64,000 nt of DNA, taken from IMG/VR virus record IMGVR_UViG_3300032116_014939, positions 178,065 through 242,064 of that record. The stretch is one strand, 5' to 3'. Made by a program: the position numbers and the translations under genes. Of the stretch, positions 10,299 through 19,429 are shown piece after piece (positions within the stretch are counted from its first letter, which is position 1; every line of letters starts with the position of its first letter). The notes under the pieces are model-generated. The model did no database searches. It was not told where the DNA came from and worked only from the letters and a program-made list of their open reading frames with translations.

Positions 10299-11245
10299 TC
10301 TAAAGCCTTTCTAATTAAAGATATTAAGACCGATTCGTTGGTCTTTTTCTTTTTAGGTTTATATGAAGTCATAACAGGTTTTTGACCTTTACCTGTTTGA
10401 GTATCTTTCTTCTCAGCTCTTCTTTTTTGTTGACAAGCGGCTTTTTTTTGAGAATCTGACATTTTACCTGCAACCCCTGCGGCTCTACATTTTGGGTAAG
10501 ATTTAGATGATGCATCAGGTCTCCCACATGGTGGATGTTTACCATCAACCTTTTTACATATATTCACCCAAGGCCCTTTAGGTTGTTTACTACCTTTAGG
10601 TTTTTTCTTAGTCCCAAACCAAACACCCAAATCTTCATTAATTGTATGAACATCGTGAGACGGTATTTCATATCCACTTTCAGGATGTTTTTCCCAAACA
10701 CCAACAGTTTTTTTAATATTATTTTTAATATTTTTTTTCTTAGCTTTACTTGTTGTATGATGATTACTGTCATCACTAAATGGGTCAAGTTCTTGTTTTC
10801 TCCATTTTTTTAAACCTAACTCAATTGGCCCGCTATACTCACCAGCACTTGTAGAACTATGAGTACCTTCTTTTATTTTCTTTTTACCAAAAACTTTTTT
10901 AATTAATTCCGCATTAACAGGGTTATCATTTAAGTCACTACCATCTTCATCATTTTGAACAGGATGTTTTTTGTCTGACTTTGAAATTGCAACCGAAATT
11001 TTTTCTTTTCTTTTAACACCCTTTGTATCAATATTACCATCAAGTGAATCAACATATACTTCCGCATTATCATAACCATTTAACGGTTCTGTAAAAGGTT
11101 TCAAAATATTTTTATCCCATAATTTTAAACCAGGTCTTAATGGGGCTCTATAACTACCCGCATCACCTGTTGAGGTTGACTCATTTACATAATCGTCATA
11201 CTCCTTGAACTTTTTTAATATTTCTAATATAACGTTACTTTTCAT
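10295..11245 (-). CDS. modular basic head-associated protein
   Basis: Two 'E..S..(D/S)AGxYxxP' modules and a Lys/Cys-rich 'WVNICKK...HPPCGR...YPKCR' domain, each starting after an xxE site. Confidence 0.7.
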   Translation of the reverse strand: MKSNVILEILKKFKEYDDYVNESTSTGDAGSYRAPLRPGLKLWDKNILKPFTEPLNGYDNAEVYVDSLDGNIDTKGVKRKEKISVAISKSDKKHPVQNDEDGSDLNDNPVNAELIKKVFGKKKIKEGTHSSTSAGEYSGPIELGLKKWRKQELDPFSDDSNHHTTSKAKKKNIKNNIKKTVGVWEKHPESGYEIPSHDVHTINEDLGVWFGTKKKPKGSKQPKGPWVNICKKVDGKHPPCGRPDASSKSYPKCRAAGVAGKMSDSQKKAACQQKRRAEKKDTQTGKGQKPVMTSYKPKKKKTNESVLISLIRKALD

Positions 11246-11287
11246 ATGGATTTTTTTTTACTATCTTTAATATAAATATATCATGCT

Positions 11288-11542
11288 ATGGAACATTCTA
11301 ATGAAGAACAATTAAAAGACGAATTAAAAAATAAAATAAATAATTTATCACCTGAAACTGTTCTATTCGACGTATTTCAATTTAACACAAATGAAGATTT
11401 AGATTATTTTATTTTAAATTTTACTAAAGAAGACGCAAATAATTGTATTATACAATCATTAGTTTCCGCTTATAAAAGAGGAGCTTTCACTTTAGTTGAA
11501 TCTGAAATAATTTCAAAGTCTTTAAGAATGTTAGACAAATAA
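11288..11542 (+). CDS. hypothetical protein
   Basis: 84-aa ORF convergent with the capsid gene. Confidence 0.65.
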   Translation: MEHSNEEQLKDELKNKINNLSPETVLFDVFQFNTNEDLDYFILNFTKEDANNCIIQSLVSAYKRGAFTLVESEIISKSLRMLDK

Positions 11543-11570
11543 AAAAAGGGACAATTTCTTGTCCCTTTTT
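11543..11570. terminator. bidirectional intrinsic terminator
   Basis: AAAAAGGGACAA-tttc-TTGTCCCTTTTT between convergent genes. Confidence 0.85.
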
Positions 11571-11589
11571 ATTATAGATTAAGATAAGA

Positions 11590-13440
11590 TTATCTTAATT
11601 CATTCAAATCGAATGTACGAACACCATCAACGATGATACGTCCATAGAAACGGTTGTTAACCATCTTCTTAGCGTAACGTGTCATAATACCCTTGATAGG
11701 AGTAAAGTTGAATGGGTTATACATTGTTGGAGTTAATTGTAATGGTACGTATGGAGCGTAGATATATCCAGTATCCAATAACGAAGTACCTTTGTGACCA
11801 ATCAACACAGTGTTTGGTGGGAAGTATGGGTCACGGTATACTTGGTAACGACCACTCAAAGTACCAACTCTTTCAATACCCATGTTGTATTGGTCTTGCT
11901 CAGGAGCCGCGTTTGATACGTGGAAGTATTCCAAGTCATCAAAGATAGCACTGATTTCAGAAGATACAACAATCCAGTTAGCTCCACCTCTTAAAGTAGA
12001 CTTATGGATTTGAGCTGAAATTTGGTTGATTGCAGTAATCAACGTTTGATTCCAGTCCTTTTGAGTGTAAGGAGTTGATTGGTTGTTCAGACGCTTCCAT
12101 CCGTTGTAATCCCAACGTAATGTCCAAGCCGCACCTTTACGTAAGTCACGTAAGATTTCACGGTCAATTTCAGCTGCCACTTGCTCAGATAATAAAGCTG
12201 TTAATTCAGCTTCAGCATCGATGTTGTGGAACGCTGCAACGTCTTGAGCAAGTTCTGGAGACCATTGTGCTCTTAACTTTCTTTCAGTCACAGAAACTGT
12301 TACTGATTGAAGGTCGAAAGAAACTTCACCAATTTTGTCTTCAAATTCTAACTCTTGGTAACGCTTCCAATATGCAGTAACTGCTGTGTTAGTTGTAACA
12401 CCCGTTAAAGTAGTTGTGAAAGTAGTTCCAGTGTAACCATCAGGAGTAGATGCTCCACAAGAGATACATGCTGGTGTTTGTAAATCAACTTCTAAGTAGA
12501 TAACACCATCAGCACTACATACATCATAGAACGAACCTCCATTTCCTGGAGTTGCTCCACCTGGCCATGTTGTAGTTTTGCTAGTACCATATTCAACAAT
12601 ACCTTTACCGTATTTTTGTGTAACAACACGGAATAAAAGTGGTGTAGAAGTAGTAACATTACCACCAGATGCGTTAATTCTTGCAGCTAATGCAGAAGTT
12701 GGTAATAAAGTTAAATCAGAAAGGAATGTTTCAGTATCCATTTCTTGTCCATCAGGGCCAATTAACTTACCGTCACCTACTGATGTGAAACCAGACATTA
12801 CTAAAAGTAATTTTCTGTATTCACCTGAACCATATCCAGATACTACTAATGAACCGTTTGACCAAACTACTTGGTTAGTTGCACCAGTAACCCAATACCA
12901 ACCACCTTTTGAATAATCAAAAAGACCTGATGGGTTTAAACCTGGTTCATTTCCTTCATAGAATAAATCATAAAGGTTCTTTGGATACGCAGTTGAATCA
13001 GTGTAACCAGCATTTGGGTCACCAGGATAGTTTCCAGGAGAACCTACAGGTGCTCTGTGTCCAGCTTCTCCTGAAGCTCCTTGTGTTGGAGTTGCTGCAG
13101 AATAACCTTGAATTTGAGGTACAAAGTAGAACAATTTACCGATTGGTAAGTTCATAGCTTGTACAGATACGATTTCGTTAGCTAATAATTTAGAGAACAC
13201 ACGTCTGATGATAGGGAATACCACAGTTTCGAATGAACCTGAATCAGCAGTTGAAGCCGCTTCGTTAATTAAGAATGATGCTTGGTTTTCATACAACTGA
13301 GCAACGTTTTCTTTTAGGTGGCCTCTAAGACCTTCAAGGAACCCTAATTTGTCCCATTTGTTTATAGTGTCTTCTTTGATAACTTTCAAGTGCTTAAGAC
13401 CGATGTTACCTACTAATCCACTTTCTAATAATGCTCCCAT
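11590..13440 (-). CDS. gp23: major capsid protein, T4 gp23-like, with a large insertion
   Basis: 'VSVQAMNLPIGKLFY', 'RKLRAQWSPELAQD', 'IDAEAELTALLSEQVAAEIDREI', 'YAPYVPL', 'GIMTRYA'. Confidence 0.97.
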   Translation of the reverse strand: MGALLESGLVGNIGLKHLKVIKEDTINKWDKLGFLEGLRGHLKENVAQLYENQASFLINEAASTADSGSFETVVFPIIRRVFSKLLANEIVSVQAMNLPIGKLFYFVPQIQGYSAATPTQGASGEAGHRAPVGSPGNYPGDPNAGYTDSTAYPKNLYDLFYEGNEPGLNPSGLFDYSKGGWYWVTGATNQVVWSNGSLVVSGYGSGEYRKLLLVMSGFTSVGDGKLIGPDGQEMDTETFLSDLTLLPTSALAARINASGGNVTTSTPLLFRVVTQKYGKGIVEYGTSKTTTWPGGATPGNGGSFYDVCSADGVIYLEVDLQTPACISCGASTPDGYTGTTFTTTLTGVTTNTAVTAYWKRYQELEFEDKIGEVSFDLQSVTVSVTERKLRAQWSPELAQDVAAFHNIDAEAELTALLSEQVAAEIDREILRDLRKGAAWTLRWDYNGWKRLNNQSTPYTQKDWNQTLITAINQISAQIHKSTLRGGANWIVVSSEISAIFDDLEYFHVSNAAPEQDQYNMGIERVGTLSGRYQVYRDPYFPPNTVLIGHKGTSLLDTGYIYAPYVPLQLTPTMYNPFNFTPIKGIMTRYAKKMVNNRFYGRIIVDGVRTFDLNELR

Positions 13441-13471
13441 TTTATTTTATAGGTTTTTTATTTTTTTAAGT

Positions 13472-14890
13472 TTATTTTATTATTTTTGACATAATGTCTT
13501 TCATTCTCAAGAATTGAGGATTTTCGTAAGTTTTTGATTCAATCAAATTCACAGCTGAACCTGATTGTGGAACTTTATCCATCACTCTTTCGATTGATTC
13601 TGTCATCGGAGCTTTAGTGGTAGCACCACCTAACTCGTCTTTTATTGTCTTATAAAGAGCTTTAGATTCTTTAAGAGTGTCTGCGGTATCAAATCTTCTT
13701 AAAATGTTAATCTTTTCTTGCTTTGACGTAGAGTGTTCTGTGAACAATCTTGTAGCGTATGCTAAATTTGAATTAAACACTGCAACTTCGTTAAGTTTGT
13801 CTCTAAACATATTTAGAGCCTTTCTGTATTCTTCATTTTTAGCTCTTAACATTTCAACTTCTTCCATAATTTCACGGCTTTCAAACGTTAAGTTTCTGTT
13901 AGGTGTAATACCCTTTCTTAAACCACGTCCTTTTTTAGAACCAAATCCGTAAGTACGAGCAGCTTCTTTAGCTTCTTCTTTTGTTCCGAATTTTTTAGGT
14001 CTATCCGTGTCCATTGAAGCTTCTTCTTTGAACTCAAATTTAGGTTTACCTGTACCTTTTGTAGGATTTGCGTGAGCTTTCTTTTCGTTAAAACCACCTT
14101 GTGTCTTTTTAACAACACCAGCAGTTTTAGCGTTACCCAATTTAACACCTTTACCAACTACAGCTTTAGTAGATTCAGTAAATACTTCTTCTTCAAGTTC
14201 GTATTCATCTTCTTCATAATCTAAACCATCGCCGTCTTCGTGTCCGTGTTCTCTTGAGTACTCACCTTTTTTGCTACCCCACATTTCATCCAACTCTTCT
14301 TCCTCTTCCTCTTCATTCATTTCAATTTCGTAAACGATTTCATCTAATTCTTCTTCCTCTTCTTCAGATTCCCAACCTTCATACTCTTCTTGTTCAGATT
14401 CAGTTTGAATAAGGTATTCATCTTCTTCATCTTTTAAATGAATAAAATCACCTTCTTTTTTAATTTCAAAACTGTCATCTGCACTCATTTGTTTAAAAGC
14501 TTTAAGGACATCTTCCATAGAACTGTCAGTTAAATCAGTAACTTCCATAGAATTAAATTCATCTTCACCACCCATATCAGATAAATCTGTCATGTCAAAT
14601 TCCTCTTCAGAATCTTCGTCTTCTTCAGTTCCAAATTCGTCTTCTTCCTCTTCAGATTCTTCATCTTCAGATTCAAATTCGTTTTCTTCTTCCTCAGAAT
14701 CTTCAAATTCTAATTCGTCTTCAACTTCAAATTCATCTTCTTCAGCCTCATTTTTCATAGACTCTTTTACTAATTCGCTAATTTCTTCTTTCATTGTAGA
14801 ATGAAGTATTTCTTTTGCGTTTTCATTGATAGCTTCTTCCAAATTTTGTATTTGGATTAACGCTTCTTCAACTAAGTTTTTTTCTGCCAT
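13472..14890 (-). CDS. prohead core scaffold protein, gp22-like
   Basis: Extremely acidic protein directly upstream of the capsid gene; C-terminal coiled coil 'LNEVAVFNSNLAYATRLF'. Confidence 0.75.
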   Translation of the reverse strand: MAEKNLVEEALIQIQNLEEAINENAKEILHSTMKEEISELVKESMKNEAEEDEFEVEDELEFEDSEEEENEFESEDEESEEEEDEFGTEEDEDSEEEFDMTDLSDMGGEDEFNSMEVTDLTDSSMEDVLKAFKQMSADDSFEIKKEGDFIHLKDEEDEYLIQTESEQEEYEGWESEEEEEELDEIVYEIEMNEEEEEEELDEMWGSKKGEYSREHGHEDGDGLDYEEDEYELEEEVFTESTKAVVGKGVKLGNAKTAGVVKKTQGGFNEKKAHANPTKGTGKPKFEFKEEASMDTDRPKKFGTKEEAKEAARTYGFGSKKGRGLRKGITPNRNLTFESREIMEEVEMLRAKNEEYRKALNMFRDKLNEVAVFNSNLAYATRLFTEHSTSKQEKINILRRFDTADTLKESKALYKTIKDELGGATTKAPMTESIERVMDKVPQSGSAVNLIESKTYENPQFLRMKDIMSKIIK

Positions 14891-14960
14891 TGCGTAGTTA
14901 TTTTATTAAATAAATATATGAATGTTTATAAAAATTAATTTTTTTTTGTTAGAGCATAAA

Positions 14961-14984
14961 AAAAGAGGACTTTTGTCCTCTTTT
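14961..14984. terminator. intrinsic terminator
   Basis: AAAAGAGGAC-tttt-GTCCTCTTTT. Confidence 0.8.
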
Positions 14985-15005
14985 AAATGTTTTTTTACTT
15001 TGTAA

Positions 15006-15221
15006 TTACTCAAACACTTCGTCAATTTTACTTTCACTAACTGAAGTAATTCTCCAATCATAACTAAATGATTTGTAAGCCTCAGTAACTTTAGCTTCTA
15101 CATCAGTAACTGAATAACCTTTTACAAGTTTTTCTTCTCTTACTTTTTTAATTTTTCCTGTGTTTTCATCTGGCAAATCGTATTGGATTTTTGCCACAAA
15201 GTATTTTTCGTCCATTTCCAT
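15006..15221 (-). CDS. conserved small hypothetical protein in the head module
   Basis: 71-aa ORF between the protease and scaffold genes. Confidence 0.75.
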   Translation of the reverse strand: MEMDEKYFVAKIQYDLPDENTGKIKKVREEKLVKGYSVTDVEAKVTEAYKSFSYDWRITSVSESKIDEVFE

Positions 15222-15227
15222 AATTAT

Positions 15228-15947
15228 TTATTTTTTTAAATAATCGGAAAGTCTTCCCATTAAATCAAGCGATTTGTTAACTGTTCTTGCAGCTTTCATT
15301 TCGTTTTCTTCTTGTAGGTTCTCTTCAAACGCAAATCTTCCATCAGGTTCAGTAAATAAATAAGCTCCTGGTGTTGACGGTGAAGATACTAAGTCAAAAC
15401 AAATTAATTCAAAATCATCTTGTACTTCATTTTGGTCACCTACTTTTTTTAAAGAACCTACCCCTCTTGATGATATACCTAACGTTACACCTAATCTTAA
15501 TAGGTTTGCTGCTTGGTCACCCTTTGTTGACACAATACCTCTTTCATGGAACCCTGGTGAGGTTAGAAGTAATAACTTACCTAATAGAACATTACCATCC
15601 CACCACATCTCTGTAATCATGTGTGATACTCTATCCAAATCTATTAACGAAGATTCAGGATGGTTAAGTTCAGATAAGGCAGTTTTTTTACCTATATAAT
15701 TTTTTATATAATTTTCAGATTCTCTCTTTAAAATTCTTTCAGGATATATTCTACCATTTCTATTTGGTGTGTTATATTTTTGTAGAACGGCATAAAACTC
15801 AAATGGTTTTGAATAATCTTTAAAGTCCCTACTTTCTTGTAAGAATGTTTGATTATGTTTTTCTGTTGGGGAAACATATCCCGCATCCATCTCAATTAAA
15901 ATACCTCTTCCTGTCTCTCTTGGGCCTAATATTTTATAATTTTGCAT
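15228..15947 (-). CDS. gp21: prohead core protease, T4 gp21-like
   Basis: 'NRNGRIYP', 'SELNHPE', 'GISSRGVGSL', 'FDLVSSPSTPGAY'; His/Ser catalytic motifs present. Confidence 0.95.
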   Translation of the reverse strand: MQNYKILGPRETGRGILIEMDAGYVSPTEKHNQTFLQESRDFKDYSKPFEFYAVLQKYNTPNRNGRIYPERILKRESENYIKNYIGKKTALSELNHPESSLIDLDRVSHMITEMWWDGNVLLGKLLLLTSPGFHERGIVSTKGDQAANLLRLGVTLGISSRGVGSLKKVGDQNEVQDDFELICFDLVSSPSTPGAYLFTEPDGRFAFEENLQEENEMKAARTVNKSLDLMGRLSDYLKK

Positions 15948-15970
15948 TTTACCTTTTTATTAGATAAATA

Positions 15971-16435
15971 TTAAATACTTTCTAATTTATCGGTAGTATT
16001 TAATTTATCCTTTTTAGTTAAATAAAATTTAAAATATTTTGAAGGTTTAAAACAGTATTTGTCTATTTGTGATATTATATTTTTTAATTCATTTTTTAAC
16101 TCTGTTGATTTAAACCCCATTTCTGTTTTAACAAAAAGAGTTATTTCTAAATTCATGAAAGACCGTTTTTTAATTGATATTCCACTTGTTCTTAAATCTA
16201 AATCAACAATAAATTTATCATTAAATAAATCTTTGTTAATCATATCACCAAGAGTTGTTTTTATATTTTTGTTGAGTATTGATACAGGTCGTGACCAATC
16301 CATTTCTAAACCTTTTGGTTCAACCCAAGATTGGATGTTTAAGTAAATAGATTTTAAGTTTTTCGAATCCACAGTTCCATACGAACACTTTATTTGTTTG
16401 TAACCTTTGATTACACAACTTTTTCCTTTTTTCAT
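15971..16435 (-). CDS. hypothetical protein
   Basis: 154-aa ORF in the head module. Confidence 0.75.
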   Translation of the reverse strand: MKKGKSCVIKGYKQIKCSYGTVDSKNLKSIYLNIQSWVEPKGLEMDWSRPVSILNKNIKTTLGDMINKDLFNDKFIVDLDLRTSGISIKKRSFMNLEITLFVKTEMGFKSTELKNELKNIISQIDKYCFKPSKYFKFYLTKKDKLNTTDKLESI

Positions 16436-16505
16436 TTACAATTTTTTCATATCTTCGTTTATTTATATATTAATAATAACACACAAAAATATAGTTGTCA
16501 AAAAA

Positions 16506-16691
16506 ATGTTAATTATCCCTGTCAGAAATAACGAGGTGGAAAAAGCTTTAAAAATGTTTAAACAAAAAGTAGTTAAAACTCAACTTGTAAAAAAATTACA
16601 GGAAGGAAAATACTACAAAAAAAAATCTGACACAAAACGTCAGATTTTAAAAAATGCAATTTATAAAAATTCAAAGAATACTGAATTATAA
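16506..16691 (+). CDS. rpsU: 30S ribosomal protein bS21 (phage-encoded)
   Basis: MLIIPVRNNEVEKALKMFKQKVVKTQLVKKLQEGKYYKKKSDTKRQILKNAIY... matches Bacteroidota bS21; true start is ATG 16506, not the track's 16407. Confidence 0.92.
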   Translation: MLIIPVRNNEVEKALKMFKQKVVKTQLVKKLQEGKYYKKKSDTKRQILKNAIYKNSKNTEL

Positions 16692-17396
16692 ATTTTGAGT
16701 TAAACTCAATAACTTAATATATTCTTTTTTAGATGGTTTAGAATTTGTAATTCTTTCTTTTGTCTCAATTAAAACATTTTTAAGTTCTTCATCAGATTCT
16801 GAAATTAATGTATCAATTTTTTGAACAGCATTTTCTTTTAATTCATCAAATTTACTTTTTAAATTTTCTTCTTTTGAAGTTAAAATTTCTTTAATTGAAT
16901 TTCTTTCTGATTCAGTTAAATTTTCTAAATATTTTTCAGCAGTTTTATTAGCAACTTTTAACATTGAACTAATTGGAACTTTGGGTGTTTTACTTTCAAC
17001 AATTGGTTTAGTTTTAGTTAAACTTTCAACAATTTTCTTTTTAGCAATTGATTTTTTTTCAGGTTTAATCAAATCACCATACAATAAATCATCAATAGTT
17101 TCATATTTGTTTTCTAAAACTATATCCTTTGTCCAACTTTTAATAAACTTATTTGTTGATTCTGAAAGTTTCAAATTTCTAAATTCTGAAACCATATCCT
17201 CAACCAAGTAATTGGAAGTTTCTTTATCTAAACCTTTGTTTTCATTTAGGTTGTCATAAATTGACATCATTTTAACAAAATCTTTATTTTTTAATAGTTT
17301 TTTGTTAAAAAGATACATATCAGTTTTAAGAGTTTCATTTTTGAATGACTCTACCAACTTATTTTCTACTAGTGTTTTAATTATTCCGAATCTCAT
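16686..17396 (-). CDS. hypothetical helical head-module protein
   Basis: 236-aa ORF downstream of the portal gene; TATTTAT motif at 17414-17420 (minus strand). Confidence 0.75.
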   Translation of the reverse strand: MRFGIIKTLVENKLVESFKNETLKTDMYLFNKKLLKNKDFVKMMSIYDNLNENKGLDKETSNYLVEDMVSEFRNLKLSESTNKFIKSWTKDIVLENKYETIDDLLYGDLIKPEKKSIAKKKIVESLTKTKPIVESKTPKVPISSMLKVANKTAEKYLENLTESERNSIKEILTSKEENLKSKFDELKENAVQKIDTLISESDEELKNVLIETKERITNSKPSKKEYIKLLSLTQNL

Positions 17397-17420
17397 TTTA
17401 TAATAATTTAATTATAAATA

Positions 17421-19268
17421 TCAATCCTTTAATAGTTTATCCAATTGATTTCCAATTTCACCCAATGATTCTTGAACTCTACCTAAATCAATCAGTTCAT
17501 CTTCATTTAACATTCCACTATTTTCTAATAAAATATTAAGTCCTGAATTACGTTTTTCTATGTTTTCAGGAACTGTACCCGCACCTTCTGCCGGTGGTGG
17601 GGCAGGACTTTCAGATGGTGGTGCAGCACTTTCGGAACCACCTCCAAATCCTTCCATTCCTCCTAATCCTGATTCAGGTGGTGCTCCCCCACCTTCTGAT
17701 GGGGCACCTGCTGGTTCACCCTCTTTTTTACCATATAATTTATCTAAATTATCAAATAAACCTGTATGAGTAATAACTTCAGCAGTTTTCTTAAGTTCTT
17801 CACCAACGGCTCTTTCAATACGTTGTTGTTGTAAGTCAAGTTTAATTTCTTCATCAGAAAACCCAAGAATGTGTTTCTTAGCCCATGACATAGACACTGG
17901 TGCAATTCCACTACCAGGGTCAGCAACTAAATCCTTATATAATAAAATCTTTTCTTTCCATACATCAATTTTCATCAAATCTGCCTGAGTTGACGGATTT
18001 GTTAAACTAAGTTGGAAATTTGATATTTCATCTTCAAAACCTAAAATGAATAAATGTATAATAGCAATTTTATTCAATTCAGAAATCATATTTTTTTGAA
18101 TTCTGTTAATAGTTCTTGCAAAACGAATATCTTGTAGTGATAAATTTTTACCGTCACCAACAGTTTCTTCAAAACCTAAAAACGCTTTAGGTACTCTTAA
18201 AGCTGTTAATAATTTCTTTTGGATATATTCGATATCCGCAATTTCAGATAGGTTCTGTGCCCCCGCTAATGTCTCAATAGGACTTGCCTGTGCGGTATCT
18301 CTAACAGGAACGAAATAATCTTGGTCAACCGCCATCTGATTAAATCTCATATCTACATTACCCGATTTTGGGTCAACAGTTTGACTTCTCTTAAATTTAT
18401 TCGCAAATCTTTGGATATATGGTTCAACATCCGCATCATCCATATTTCCAACAAACACTTTAAATACACGTCTTTCAGGAGCTCTTGATGTTCTGTAAAT
18501 TAACATCGCATCTTCTGATAACAATAATTGTTTCCAAATACGACGAGCTTTTTCTAACATAGATGTACCATAAGGTAATCTTCTATCATCACCTAATAAT
18601 CTGAAGTGAGCAATTTCCCAAGTATTAAATTCTAAATCTTTCTGTTTCCATTTAAACTTTAAATGTTTTTTTTCAGGATTAGTAGTTGAATCAGTTGAAT
18701 GTGAACCCATACCCGCTTCCAATCGTTCAATTTCAATAATTGGTAACTGCATACATCCTACAACACCTTTTTCAGGGTCTAATTTTATATAAACAAAGTT
18801 ATCACCATACTTACATGTGTTTCTTGTCCACATGGGTAAGTTAGTGTTAATATCTAAAGCGTTATTAAACAAATCCCCAAGAATTGATTTAATTCTTGAC
18901 GATTCAGAATAAATTTGTAACATGTAACCATCTTGATTGATGGTGGTAGATTCCTCAGCGTAAATGTCTAAAGCAGCACCAATTTCAGGTGTAAACTCCA
19001 TTGACTCATAGTCATAAAAAGATGCTAAACGGGTTGGTTCGTAATAAACTGCTTGAGTATATAGATTATTTTCAATTCGACCCCATTGGTTCGCCAAATA
19101 ATATGTTTGTTGAGCTTGAAGTTTCTCTCTTTCGTATTCGGCCTTTGAGGTTGTTTTTAATAACTCGCTTTTATCATATTTGTATGTAGGGTAATCCTGA
19201 CCTAATAATGAATTAGGGCCAAAGGTCTGTGATAACCTTTGCCATACCGTTAGTTTATTTTCACTCAT
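17421..19268 (-). CDS. gp20: portal protein, T4 gp20-like
   Basis: 'YGTSMLEKARRIWKQLLLSEDAMLIYRTSRAPERRVFKVFVGNM', 'DYFVPVR', 'IETLAGAQNL', 'ALRVPKAFL'. Confidence 0.96.
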   Translation of the reverse strand: MSENKLTVWQRLSQTFGPNSLLGQDYPTYKYDKSELLKTTSKAEYEREKLQAQQTYYLANQWGRIENNLYTQAVYYEPTRLASFYDYESMEFTPEIGAALDIYAEESTTINQDGYMLQIYSESSRIKSILGDLFNNALDINTNLPMWTRNTCKYGDNFVYIKLDPEKGVVGCMQLPIIEIERLEAGMGSHSTDSTTNPEKKHLKFKWKQKDLEFNTWEIAHFRLLGDDRRLPYGTSMLEKARRIWKQLLLSEDAMLIYRTSRAPERRVFKVFVGNMDDADVEPYIQRFANKFKRSQTVDPKSGNVDMRFNQMAVDQDYFVPVRDTAQASPIETLAGAQNLSEIADIEYIQKKLLTALRVPKAFLGFEETVGDGKNLSLQDIRFARTINRIQKNMISELNKIAIIHLFILGFEDEISNFQLSLTNPSTQADLMKIDVWKEKILLYKDLVADPGSGIAPVSMSWAKKHILGFSDEEIKLDLQQQRIERAVGEELKKTAEVITHTGLFDNLDKLYGKKEGEPAGAPSEGGGAPPESGLGGMEGFGGGSESAAPPSESPAPPPAEGAGTVPENIEKRNSGLNILLENSGMLNEDELIDLGRVQESLGEIGNQLDKLLKD

Positions 19269-19305
19269 ATCTAAAGTATAATTTGTTTAAACAACACTAT
19301 AAATG

Positions 19306-19425
19306 TTATTTACTAGGTTTTTTATCACTTACAGGTAATTTTACAGTTTGTACCCCTTGTCCGGATACTTTACTTCTTGTACCTGCGTTATATGTTCCTG
19401 ATTTTTGTCTTTTTATATATCCCAT
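19306..19425 (-). CDS. 39-aa basic peptide between terminase and portal (not in ORF track)
   Basis: MGYIKRQKSGTYNAGTRSKVSGQGVQTVKLPVSDKKPSK fills the intergenic gap on the operon strand. Confidence 0.6.
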   Translation of the reverse strand: MGYIKRQKSGTYNAGTRSKVSGQGVQTVKLPVSDKKPSK

Positions 19426-19429
19426 AATT

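Noticed and set aside
11712-13157. Several + strand ORFs (78-112 aa) inside the capsid gene
   Set aside because: Antisense shadows of a well-conserved gene, with no motifs or start context.
14910-14917. Canonical T4 late promoter TATAAATA in sense orientation
   Set aside because: ATAAATA appears on the strand opposite the downstream gene at nearly every site, so the sense-strand motif is TATTTAT.
16407-16505. N-terminal extension of bS21 shown in the ORF track
   Set aside because: It starts at a non-ATG codon and overlaps the opposite-strand gene; homology starts at MLIIP (16506).
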